DNA from: Octopus bimaculoides
Taxonomy: Eukaryota
Reading direction: 5' to 3'
Assembly (NCBI RefSeq): GCF_001194135.2
Contig: NC_068984.1
Location: 137,057,323 to 137,121,322, forward strand
DNA: 64,000 nt
This document shows positions 1 to 13,100 of the stretch, piece after piece. Position 1 is the first letter of the stretch. Each line of letters opens with the position of its first letter. The translations under genes were made by a program, and so were the position numbers. The notes below the pieces were generated by a model that made no database searches, was not told where the DNA came from, and saw only the letters and a list, made by a program, of their open reading frames with translations.

Positions 1-587
1 TATATATAACATGAAATATTCAGCTCTTTAAAGTTTATGACCAAATAACAACAAAATAAATATAGAAATAAAAACTTTATCTTTTTTTCTTTCAGATAAG
101 CATCTTAAAAGCAACAAAAAAAGGGGGGAGAAAAAAAATTCTCCTTGTATTTCTTTGAAGTTTAATACCAGATCTTTTGAATTTTGACTTTTCTGAATTT
201 CTCTTTTTTTTCTTATATCTATCTATATATACATATATATTTTTGGTAAATTCCCTAGGAAGCAAGAATCTCAGAAATGGTTAACATATTCTGTTGACCA
301 CCTTGCTCCGAGCATCAAACTACCACCAAAAAAAAAAAAATTAGATAAATAACTAAATATAAAGAAGAAAACAGTGTTAACCCTTTTATAGTCAATATCT
401 GCTCTCAAGGAAATTTAATGCCAGTTACATCAGTTATATATCATCGCTATCATGATTAGATGGCTATGATGTTGTCAAGGAGACAATGTAAAGTGACAAG
501 AAGAGAAATTAGATTTTGAGCCAGATATTTTAATATCTCAGCAACAGAGTTCCATTCTGTTGAGTTAAGAGAGTTCGTGTCTCATAG

Positions 588-1033
588 GTGCAGGCGTGGC
601 TGTGCGGTAAGAAGCTTGCTTCCCAACCACATGGCTCTGGGTTCGATCCCACTCTGTAGCATCCTGGGCAAGTGTCTTCTATTATAGCTTTGAGCTTGTG
701 AGTGGATTTGGTAGACAGAAACTGAAAAGAGCATGTTGTGGCTGTGTGGCAAGAAGCTTGCTTCCCAACCACATGGCTCTGGGTTCGATCCCACTGTATA
801 GCATCTTGGGCAAGTGTCTTCTATTATAGATTTGAGCTTGTCAGTGGATTTGGTAGACAAAAACTGAAAAGAGCATGTTGTGGCTGTGTGGTAAGTAGCT
901 TGCTTACCAACCACATGGTTTTGGGTTCAGTCCCTCTGCGTGGCACCTTGGGCAAGTGTCTTCTACTATAGCCTCAGGCCGATCAAAGCCTTGTGAGTAG
1001 ATTTGGTAGACGGAAAACTGAAAGAAACCCGTC
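588..1033 (+). mobile_element. Three tandem 5' heads (~142-bp period) of tRNA-derived SINE family A
   Basis: Repeated GTGGCTGTGTGGTAAG (A box), GGTTCGATCCC/GGTTCAGTCCC (B box), CCTTGGGCAAGT core-like motif and GGATTTGGTAGAC..AAACTGAAA. Confidence 0.85.
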
Positions 1034-1035
1034 GT

Positions 1036-1550
1036 TCAAATTCCGCCGAGGTCGACTTTGCCTTTCATCCTTTTGGGGTCAATAAATTAAGTACCAGTTA
1101 CGCACTGGGGTCGATGTAATCGACTTAATCCCTTTGTCTCTCGTTGTTTGTCCCCTCTATGTTTAGCCCCTTGTGGGTAATAAAGAAATAAGAAATGTTA
1201 GCACGCTGAGCNNNNNNNNNNGCCTTTCATCCTTTTGGGGTCAATAAATTAAGTACCAGTTACGCACTGGGGTCGATGTAATCGACTTAATCCCTTTGTC
1301 TCTCGTTGTTTGTCCCCTCTATGTTTAGCCCCTTGTGGATAATAAAGAAATAAGAAATGTTAGCACGCTGAGCAAAATGCTTAGCGGTCTTTTGTGTGTC
1401 TTTATGTTCTGAGTTCAAATTCTGCCGAGGTCGACTTTGCCTTTCTTCCTTTTGCGTCCGATAAATTAAGTACCAGTTGTGTACTGGGGTCAATCTAACT
1501 GACCGGTCCCCTCCCCAAAAATTTTGGGCCTTGTGCCTAGAGCAGAAAAG
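1036..1550 (+). mobile_element. tRNA-derived SINE family B copies, partly duplicated across a 10-N gap
   Basis: GTTCAAATTCCGCCGAGGTCGACTTTGCCTTTCATCC...AAGTACCAG motif recurs at 27065, 47390, 50718 and 59692. Confidence 0.85.
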
Positions 1551-2490
1551 AATATATGTAACTTCAATAGCTGAGAGAGACCAAGTGAGCTACAAGCTGG
1601 ATATGAACTCAGAAATCCTAGGCAACTAAAATAGATGATATAAAACATACAACACATTCACTGTCTGCTGTCCATGCCAACCGCATTGACCTAACCTCAT
1701 ACTCTACTAAAACATGATATATTTGACAGATTCTTCTGGTAATTCCTACTGGAACAATTTCATAGAAACAATACAGCTTCACTCTAAGCCAAAAACTGCT
1801 ATAGGAATAGTAAAATTACATCAACAGTATCTAAAGTATAGTTTAATCACATCAACTCCACTTCAATTCCACGCAGAGGGAAACTTGGTCCAACTATCTC
1901 ATCATTTGTCCTCACGTTTATACAAGAATATTGGAAATAAAAAAAAAATTAACAAAAACAGTTAACTATTCAAAGCAGCACCAAGTTTTGGTAAATAGCA
2001 GATGCTAATGTATTTAACTTTTGAAGAATGTCAATAAACCACATCTGGCTGGATATCAACAGATAAACAGAAGTCGAGAGCTGTACATTAGAAATAGGAG
2101 AATGTTATGACAACAGGTACATGTACATGTGCATATGCACAGACATGCATACACATACATATATTTAAGTGTATGTATATATGTATGTACATCAATCTAT
2201 CTGCCTATCTATCTATGTGTATATGAATATGTTTCTGTGTGTGTGTGTGAGCGTGCAAGATAAGAATGAGTATGAGATAAAATATATGTGTACGTGTGAA
2301 TGCGTATGCATATCTAAGTACGTGCGACTGTCTGATGCAATGCTATTGTGATGGATGGCTGTTTGTAAGAGTGCACATATGAATGGGCATGAGTGATTAT
2401 GCAGGTGAATATTTGTACATGCATAAGTACACATCTATATGCAACGTCTCTAATAGCATGTGTGAGTGTGCATAAATGCGAATAATATGA

Positions 2491-2543
<53 letters not shown>

Positions 2544-3016
2544 AGCACGTAGGCAAGTGACTATGTGTAAGTATATCTATTACTATAAAATGTGCCAGGA
2601 TGTATAGACGTATGTGCAGATGCACTTGTGTGCAATTGTGATTGAGTGAGGGAGGGGGGGGGAAAGAAAGCACGAGATATATTTTCCAGCACATAACGGA
2701 TTATTATAGAGAAATGGTAGGCTGACATTGTTCTGCTTGCCAAAAACTTACCCAAATTAATAGGGCTGTCAAAGAAAGCTAAAGGCACCTTCACATGCTG
2801 AGATTGTGCCAATGCAACATAGTTTCATTTCAATAACTTTTACATGCATGTATATACATGCATGTATATACATGCATATAAATATATACACATATACAAA
2901 CACACGCACACACACACACACACACACACAATATATATATATAGACACATTTTGATACAGTTTTACATATTCATATATATATTTACTTGTAATCGAATAT
3001 ATATATATATATATAT

Positions 3017-3068
<52 letters not shown>

Positions 3069-3328
3069 ACACACACACATATATATATATACTCATATGC
3101 AAACGTATATGTACTGATGCATATTTCTATATTTATAAGAACATGCAAGAATTAGATCATAGCATTGGCCAACCAATGAATTTCAATGGCGTCTAAAGCA
3201 GACATGCATTTATTCAATATGGAGAACTTTTATCATTTATCGTTCACAGTCTAAGCACAGTAATAGCAGCAGCAGCAGAGGTGGTGATGGTGGAGGTGGT
3301 GGTGGTGGTGGTGGCAGCGGCGGCGGCT

Positions 3329-3374
<46 letters not shown>

Positions 3375-3800
3375 CAGTGGTAGCAGCAGCAGCAGTACAA
3401 CAACAACCAGAACAAGTTTGATTCCCTGATGGAGATCCAATTCAGAAACACAAAATCTGGCCACCACCACTCTCCAGCATTCCTGTCCTATTACTCAAAT
3501 GGTGCTTTTTACGTGCCACCAGCTCAGGAGCCAGTCGGGCGGCACTGGCAACAACCATACTCGAATGGTGCTTTTTACGTTCCACCAGCATGGATGCCAG
3601 TCAGGCGGCACTGGCATCAGCCACGACAACAACTTCACTTGACTCAACAGGTCCTCGCTAGTACAGTTTATTGCCCAATGATTGAAGGGTACTCTTAAAT
3701 GGGCTGGTTATGCTGCACTAGCATAGGCCATTGTTATGATCTCACTTGGGACTGAACCCAGAACCATGTGGTTCGTAAGCAAGCTACTTACCACACACAC

Positions 3801-3848
<48 letters not shown>

Positions 3849-4033
3849 ATATATATAAATATAGAATAGTGGTACAAGGCACCAATGTTTACTGGAAATA
3901 GCAGTCGATAATTTTATGACGCTAGAGTAAAGCTTCATTGTATATATTCTGGCAAAGATGTGTGTGGGCAGCAAACATAAAAAATTTCATCTTACCTCTA
4001 GGAAAAACATTAGATAAATGTACAACCCAGAAT

Positions 4034-4119
4034 CAGATAATCTAGTACCTAGGTTTCAGACTCTTCAAATACGTTTGTTATCGTAAATTTGATTAGTCTT
4101 CTTCAGCTAGGTTTACCTG
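4034..4119 (-). ncRNA. Type-I hammerhead ribozyme motif, intronic, sense to PNPT1
   Basis: Minus strand reads CAGGUAA-AC-CUAG [CUGAAGA] AGACU...AGUCU [GAAA] CCUAGG [UA] CUAG-A-UUAUCUG. The core is intact. Stem I is 4 bp plus 7 bp, stem II is 5 bp plus an extension, and stem III is the palindrome ACCUAGGU. Predicted cleavage after GUA, between 4046 and 4045. Confidence 0.8.
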
Positions 4120-4308
4120 GACAATATTTCAAATGTTACTACATCAGTGCCAGTGTACTTGCCTAAAAGCCTAGCCGTTAACAGAACCGAGAACAGTGAA
4201 AAAATTTTCAATGAAAAATATCAAATATTGCAATACAAATGTATTACTTATCAATGATATATCTAACAATATCATGATTAAAAAGTAAAATAGAATTCTT
4301 TTCTTTAC

Positions 4309-4405
4309 CTTGTATTTGTGTCAAGAATTTGATTTCTAAAGATCTCCTTGCATATAGCACCAAAAGACTGCACCAGAGCACCCTGTTCAGTATCAGGGTA
4401 TGTTT
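4309..4405 (-). CDS. PNPT1: PNPT1 exon (97 nt): [33 protein letters not shown]
   Basis: Acceptor tctttttcag|AAACA, donor ACAAG|gtaaag; aligns with [33 protein letters not shown]. Confidence 0.94.
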
Positions 4406-6185
4406 CTGAAAAAGACCAAAAAGGAAAGGCATCAAGAAAACATCATCCATCTTACATCAAGATAAAATCCAAAAAGACGAAAACCATAGTTGAAATTCTC
4501 AAATATGTGTTGAAGCCATCGAGGCTGAAATGTCGAGAGAAAACCTCACTGATGCAACAAACTGATATAAGTATGTGTTGAGTACACTTAAACAGTATCA
4601 AGACTAACATGAGAAACTATTATCAATGACTACAAGTATGTAAGTAAGTATTGTCTCTTAAGTCCAAGGACTCATACGGCTGGTTATCTGGTTTCTATGG
4701 TGCATAAAGTGACTGAGATCACAACCAAGATGTCAATCTGTTGTTGGGTTAACCATTTACAGTTGAGTGGACTGGGGCAATGTGAAATGAAGTATTTTCC
4801 TCAAGAACTGCCCAGTCTGGGAATTGAAACTACAGCCTTGTGATCTGGAGTGCAACACTCTAACTTCTAAGCCAGTGGTTCCTTAAACTTTTGTGGGCTG
4901 CCGCCCTCTTGGCACCAGTGCCATATTCCTAGCACCCCTGTACCAACTCACCACCAAAAACATAGACCACTTTCTGCAGCAAATTCAAAGCAACTGCTTT
5001 TCACAAATAAAACTTAACCTAACTGACCCATTATTTTGTTGTTTTTGACATTGATCTCCCCCTTTTGACCACACTATTATTGCACCCACTTTTCTTAGGA
5101 AGGGCATCCAGCTGTAGAAACCATGTTAAATCAGACTGAAGTCTAGTGCTGCCCCTCAGCTTACTAGCCTTGGTCAAACCGTCCCAACCCATGCCAGTAT
5201 GGACAACGGACATTAAATGATGATGATGATGACAACATATATATATATATAGGCGCAGGAGTGGCTGTGTGGTAAGTAGCTTGCTTACCAACCACATGGT
5301 TCCAGGTTCAGTCCCACTGCGTGGCACCTTGGGCAAGTGTCTTCTACTATAGCCTCGGGCTAACCAAAGCCTTCTGAGTGGATTTGGTAGACGGAAACTG
5401 AAAGAAGCCCGTCATATATATATGTATATATATATATATATGCGAGTAAAAATAAATACAAAAAAGGTGGGTTTTTTTGTNNNNNNNNNNNNNNNNNNNN
5501 NNNNNNNNNNNNNNNNNNNNNNNNNNNNNNNNNNNNNNNNNNNNNNNNNNNNNNNNNNATATACAATATAAAATAAAATAAAATAAAAATGGATGGCACC
5601 ATGAAAGAAAGTATTGAATGTAGATGAAATATTGAGTGTTCAATATAAAGGATCAAATATATAAATATATAAATATAAATATATATATATAAAGGCGACT
5701 CGAGTTTCAGGGCTATTTCCCTTCGTCATGGCCGGTATGACAGACATATGTGTGTTTGTGTGTCTGTATTTGTCCCCCCAACATCGCTTGGTGCTGGTGC
5801 TGGTGGTGTTCACGTCACTCTTGCTAAGCACTGATTATGAACCCCACAAGCTCTAACTCACAGAGGTGTGGTGCTTCAGATGACTGAGGCCTGAGGCAGT
5901 GGAGCATCGATGCATTTAGTCAAGGGGTTCAGTCCTTAATGCAAAGCTCACCGTATCTCTCAATTTCCAACCTTTAAGAACAACAGGTAGCTTCCTAAAT
6001 TCAAAGCTGCATGATTTTATTCCTGTTGCTGTTGTTATTTTTAACATCATTATTACTACATTATTATTATTATTATTATTATCATTATTATTATTATTAT
6101 TATTATTATTGTCTCCCTCGTGCTTCGCCCTGATGGCAAATAAATGAAATCATTATTATTATCATTATTCTTATTCTTCTTCTTC

Positions 6186-6219
<34 letters not shown>

Positions 6220-7222
6220 CAAAAAGAAATAGAGAGCTTCTAACTGAAAAATACTTTGCATTTAACAGCACAATGCATGCAAATGTTGAAATTTACAAAA
6301 TTCATCTAAATTCATAGCATCACTGCAGAAAATTGCACAAATATTTACCAAAATTTATACATAAAAAAAAAAAAAACAACAATGATGATATTGATGATAA
6401 TAATAAATTGACAAGGAAACGAATAATAAGCGAATGCGTAGATATACATATTGTTATGTAAACAACTCCCTCATTGAAAATCAAATCAAATTGCTACAAC
6501 CGAACATGTAAAGACAATGAATATTGGCGAAGAGAAACAAGGAGGAGAAAAGAGAGGTAAAAAGCATAAAAGTAGACATTAAGATATCCATCCACCTGCC
6601 CCCTCCACCTACACCGTCACCACTGTCGCCACTGGCGCCGCTGCAATCGGCTTGAACTGAAACCTGAGTGAAAAATCTAAAATTACGTATTCATGGTAAA
6701 TGATAGAATATAACAGTAAAAGAAGCCAAATTTTACAACAGCTTGTCAAAATGGGCAAATGCCAGAGCCCTCGAAAGTTGTCTCCTGATTCAATTTCTCA
6801 AAATAGATTCTTCCATTTGGAGAGTCCACAATTCCAGCAAGTCACTTGCCAACCGGTAACTTTGCGAAAAATTTCTCTTTGTGCTGTGTGCTTGGATATA
6901 TACACATACTTATATACATACATACATACATACATACATAAATATATGTACATATACAGACATACATATACACATATATACTTATGCATATACAGACATA
7001 TGTACACACATATACACAAATATATATATATATATATACATACACGTGTACATACACATGTATATGCATGCGTATATAAATATATATATATATATACATA
7101 TATATACATATATATATACACATGTACATACACATGTATATGCATATATATACATATATATACATACACGTATATAAAAATACATACATAGACATGCATA
7201 AAAAGACATTTGTGTGTGTATG

Positions 7223-7260
<38 letters not shown>

Positions 7261-8159
7261 TGTACATACAAAGACATACATAAAAAAAGCATTCATATAC
7301 CTANNNNNNNNNNATATATATTCACATTGTATGTATGTATGTATATATGTATGTATGTATATATGTATGTATGTATATATGTATGTATGTATATATGTAT
7401 TTATGTATGTATGTATACACTCATCTGTAAGTATGCATGTACCTACGATTGCATGCAAGTGCATATATGCTTGCATGCCTAGCGCAGCCATGCATACAAA
7501 AACCCTGCGTAAATGCACACTGAAATCTGCATGTGTGCACACACGTGTTTACTTGAGAAGAAACGAAAGAAAGAAAGAAAGAATGAAAGAATACAGAAGT
7601 GTGCAAAAGCCAGAAAGAACACAAGAGGATGAAAGAAGCAAGAAGATTAAAGGTGGAATGATAAACTAATCATATTTGTTGGTCTCTGCTGTATTATTGG
7701 CAACAAGTTCAGAAATATTGAAGAGGTGAAACGACTAGGTGGCTCAGGTATTTGACTAGCAACACATAGGTCAGTGGTTCAAATGCTACTGCTGGCACTT
7801 TCTTCTGTCTTTGGGTAACACAATTCTTCTCACGTCAGTTTGCCAAAATGAATAACATACGAGATGTTCCGAAGAAACATTTCTTGCAAATAAATCGATG
7901 ACCTGTCTTAGAGAAGGTAAGGTTAGGGGGTCAGGGAATCAAGCAGAAGTTGCTGCCTGGACCGGCAAGTTTCATGTCAGAATTAAATCGGTTTGTAGGA
8001 ATGGATTCTCAAGTTCCTGTTAAATCAAAGTTAGCCTTTCATCCATCCATGAAGAATAAAGTAAATAGAACATAACTTGAAAGCAGGTGACTGAAACTTA
8101 GACTATATATTTGCATGTGTGTGTGTGTGTGTGTGTCTATATATATATGTGTGTGTGCA

Positions 8160-8191
<32 letters not shown>

Positions 8192-8876
8192 ACTGTGTAG
8201 AAGCCTATCATATATGTGTGTATGCACATGTGCATGCATATGTGTGCGCGTGTGTGTGCACCTATGTGTGCATGGGTGTCTGTGTCTGTTTGTCACCACT
8301 ACTTGAGAACCAATGTTGGTTTGTTTATGTCCACTAACTCAACATTCAGTGTGTGTGTGTGTGTGTGTGCGCATGTACATATGTGTGTATGTGCAAGTGT
8401 GCATGGGCGTCTGTGTCTGTGTTTGCTTCTCACCACTGCTTGACAACCGATGTTGGTTTGTTTATGTCTGCTAAGTCGGCATTCAGCGAAAGAGAGAGAG
8501 AGACAGATAGAGTAAGTACCAGTCTTAAAACAAGGTGGGGCTCCAGCATGGCTGCTGTCCAACGACTGCAACAAGTAAAAGATAAAAAAAAGGTCCTGCA
8601 GCAGAAACCAGTGTTTTGTCATCATCTCAGCACTGCAAGCTTGGTAAAAATGGATGCAACATGTGAGGCGGGGAGGAGGGGGGACAGACAGACAGACAGA
8701 CAGACAAAGAGACAGACCAAGAAGACAGTGAAGCCGACATTATGAAGCGAAAGAGCAGAGCACTAAGCTGGATGAATGAATGTGTAAAGGAAAACATGTT
8801 TAAAAAGAGAGAAATTATATGTTATAAGGTTACGCATTAACATTATGATATGGGAGGAGATAAAGGAAGAGGAGAT

Positions 8877-8913
<37 letters not shown>

Positions 8914-9083
8914 TGGGGAGAGAGAGGGAGAGAGAGAGAGAGAGAGAGGGAGAGAGTGGTTGTGGAGAGAGCTAGAAAGAGAGGTGAAACTAAAAGATTA
9001 TATATATGTAGAAGCATATGTTTATATGTGTATCTCTCACTCTCCCTTTATATATGTGTGTGTGTGTCAATGTGTGTGTGTGG

Positions 9084-9128
<45 letters not shown>

Positions 9129-9436
9129 CGCATATATATGATTACCTATTTATGTATATATATATGTGCATGTGTGTTTGCGTGTGTGTATGCATATATA
9201 TATATATATAGGTACATGTGTGTGTATACAGGTGTGTGTGTGTATGTATATATATATATATACACACACACATACATACATGATTACCTATTTATGCATA
9301 TATATGTGCATGTGTGTATTTATGCAGATATGTATATATATATATATATAAATATATNNNNNNNNNNNNNNNNNNNNNNNNNNNNNNNNNNNNNNNNNNN
9401 NNNNNNNNNNNNNNNNNNNNNNNNNNNNNNNNNNNN

Positions 9437-9502
<66 letters not shown>

Positions 9503-9893
9503 ATGATTACCTATTTATGTATGTTATGTATGTATGTATATATATATACATATATATATACATGTGTGTGTGTGTTTATATATGCACATGTTCATACATT
9601 TATCTACATACAAATACATATACACATGCACATACACGTGTTTACATATATGTATATCTACATATATACACACATAAATACGTACATGTATTTATGTACA
9701 TATAAGTATATGTGCGAACACACACGTACACACAAAGAGTGAGTGATTGAGAGAGAAAGCGTGTAGCATTTTACTGGAGGTTGCTGTAAAATGTAATCTT
9801 TTTTCTTGCGTATAGTTAAAGATTGGAGGAGAAGGACGAGGGGTTGTAAAAATGATATTACTGCCAGGTTGCAGCAGCAGCAGCAGCAGTAGC

Positions 9894-9927
<34 letters not shown>

Positions 9928-10075
9928 TCATCTTTGATCAACTTGATCTTCAGCATATGAATAATCATTTGAAATCTTGCAATCTCAATACTAGGCGTAT
10001 TAAGTTTGGAATTGGTTAAAACTATATCCTGAGAGTATTTGTGCACGCATGTGTGTGTATATGTGTGTGTGTATC

Positions 10076-10110
<35 letters not shown>

Positions 10111-13100
10111 GTACGTGTGTGTCTATATGTGTGTGCTTAGTGAGTTTCATTTTTTTTTGTTTTTGTAGTTTATTTTTTTTAACCTGATTACATCTATTTT
10201 TAAAATCAACATTTTCAAAGGCATCACACCTGATATTGAGTACTATTTCTTCCATTTGTTGCCATTAGTAACTTGTGTATGTGTGGGTGGGTGTATCATC
10301 ATCATCATCATCATCATCATTTAACATCCACTTTTCTATGCTTTTATAGGTCAAACAGAATTTGTTGAGGCAAATTTTCTAGGGCCAGATGACCTTATCA
10401 CCAACCCACACTTGTTTCCAAGTATGATAAGATATATATATATAAAGACCCCACCCCCACCCTTCAGTCATGAATGACCATGGAATGCATCTAGAAAGTT
10501 CCCCTCTGATGCACAAGTCCAGGCAAGGTTGCTTATAGAAGACCAGCAGTCGCCCATGCATACCAACCTCCCATCTACACGCCACCGATGTTATCCAAGG
10601 GAAATGCAAAGACCGATACAGCTTGGCATCAATGATGTTGCAACTCATTTCTACAGCTGAGTGAACTGCAGCAACATGAAATAAAGTGTCTTGCTCAAGA
10701 ACACAACACATAGCCTGGTCCGGGAATCAAACTCACTACCTCATGACTGTGAACCCGATGCTTTAACCACTAAGCCATACAAAATATGTATACATTAGTA
10801 GCAGGCATTATATTTAGATGTTTAACAGGTAACTAGTTCTATCCTCTGACAAAATCAATCTTGTGCAAGAGGTGATAGCATGGAAAAAATGGATGTTAAA
10901 TGAACATTGCCCTGCCCAAATATTTGTTGCATATTGTCTGCAAAAAAAATATGGGCAGTGGAGAGGGAACCTGTATTCAGGCCCTAATGCTTAAAACAAA
11001 GTGATGTTTCTTCAAGGTGGTGTATTACATATAATTTCCATCCACCAAATTCACTCATAAAGCAATTGCCAGCCCAGGACTACAGTAGAGGACATATGGC
11101 CAAGGCACCAAGCAACGTGATTGAACCCAAAGCCATTTAGTTACAAAACTATGCCTGCACCTATAATCTTTATTCTTTAAAATTTTGAATTGATTGTATT
11201 ATGTTTTTCATAGCTCTTTCTCATGAGATTTTTTCCCCTTTTTCTTTTGTGACTCCCAACATATTAATTGGTTGCTATGAGCTTGTTTATGCTAGGGACC
11301 TGTTTTATTTCTGGTCGTTTGCTATCTTATTGAGATTTAGTTGCAAAAAAAAGAAAAAAAAACGAAAAATGTCTGTTGGGTTTGCTTTCTAATATTAAGC
11401 CACCTATCTAAGAGTTAAATGCCTAACTGAAAGGTTAGAGACCATAAAGTCTCTAAGCACTTTAACCTTGTGTCCTGTCAAGCGTAATTAGCCAGCAACA
11501 CCCACCACACTGCTCCTCACCACAAACAACAACAAGGATGTTATGTAAGGCCCAGAATAAAGTATCTTCTTGTTATTGTCGTAGTTGTTGTTTATGATGA
11601 TGATGCTGACTGAAGCAACAATCAGCCCATCTAGTTAATGCGTTGCTTGGAGTGACATCGTCATGGCGCAAAAATACTAACAAAACACTCCATAAAACGC
11701 AACACCTGCACAATTTCTCCAGTCAATCTTTTATTGCTTACTGCACCTCTTTACACTTCCAAACACGGAACTCCTCCAGCTGTGCTCTCTACAGATTTAT
11801 AGAAATTTTGCTAAATCTACCTTTTTCAATAAATTCTCAATAGCCCATACTGAAATCTTTCTCATTTACTGCCAGCAGACAAAAACAAAGGAGATAAGAG
11901 AAGATTTGTGCCTTAAACTGCCGGATTAACATTAGCATTTAAATTGGCCAAGCCTTGCCAAAATGTTCTACCTATTTTGGTATGTTTAAACTGGCCAAAT
12001 CTAGCCTCTCACACCTACCTTACAATGTCATTCTAAAAATAAACAATCACATCATTGAAATCTTGAATCATCATCATCATCATCGTCGTTTAACGTCCGC
12101 TTTCCATGCTAGCATGGGTTGGACGATTTGACTGAGGACTGGCGAACCAGATGGCTGCACCAGGCTCCAATCTGATCTAGCAGAGTTTCTACAGCTGGAT
12201 GCCCTTTCTAACGCCAATCTTGAATCTTTGAGATAATACATGATTAATTCAAAACAATGTAGATAAACAAATATTATATTTGACAGAATAATCTGAATGC
12301 TAAAGGATTATAAGGGAATACAGCAAAGAATCTTTATGCTATTTCTTTAAATCTTTGTGTGGTAAACCTAATCCAGTACCCGGTTTGACACCACCACCAC
12401 CAGGCATTTTGGGTACTTTTAGGAGAGAGTTCATCTTGACAAACTTTCAGGCCAGGCCCCCAGTTTAAGGACACCTCCCTACCACCCTTCCACCAGGTAT
12501 AGAGACCCTGTTAAGAATCTACTTAGCCAACAAACCAACTATGAAAACACATCTGAACTGTGCCTCACCATGATACCTATTTGCTAGAAGATGGCTGAAA
12601 TCATTGAAAGTTCATGTTGCTGTTTATTGTCTTTCTTTAAAACGGTGGTTCTCAACTATTTTTTTCCTATGGACCTTTTCCATTTTTATTTTACTCAACA
12701 GAGCCCTCACAGCCATTCAATGCTTAAAATAAATTTGCATTATATTTTTATAATTAAATATCATTAAGAATTGTATCAAAAAATTGTTAAAATATTTCGT
12801 GCATTGTAGAAATACAGTTAATTTACTGCACATAATTTTTAACAATTAAATCTTATATGAACCCCTAAGGGCCATGTGGACCTCAGTTGAGAACCACCGG
12901 CTTAAAATATTATATTAATTAGACTTTAGTGTTATGGCAATGACCATAAATCTCTCTTGGACTCACAGACTATGTGACAGTTATGTCATCAAACAGCAAG
13001 ATAGCACTCCGATCTCCTAACTCAGCTTAGTGTTTTGACTTTTTTATATGCTGGTTGTGGAGGAAGGGGTAGTGCCAATGGTCATTGCAGACCTTTCAAG

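Noticed and set aside
1058-1370. Exact tandem duplication of ~150 bp of SINE across a 10-N gap
   Set aside because: Near-identical sequence on both sides of a minimal gap is typical of unmerged contig overlap.
6700-9742. Many C/V/Y/I/H/T-rich ORFs here and elsewhere, and ORFs running through N gaps
   Set aside because: Products of dinucleotide repeats or ambiguous bases.
12130-12155. CTGAGGA-CTGG-CGAA-CCAG in RTE tails
   Set aside because: The hairpin is followed by ATGG, not GAAA, so the core is incomplete in the copies I inspected.
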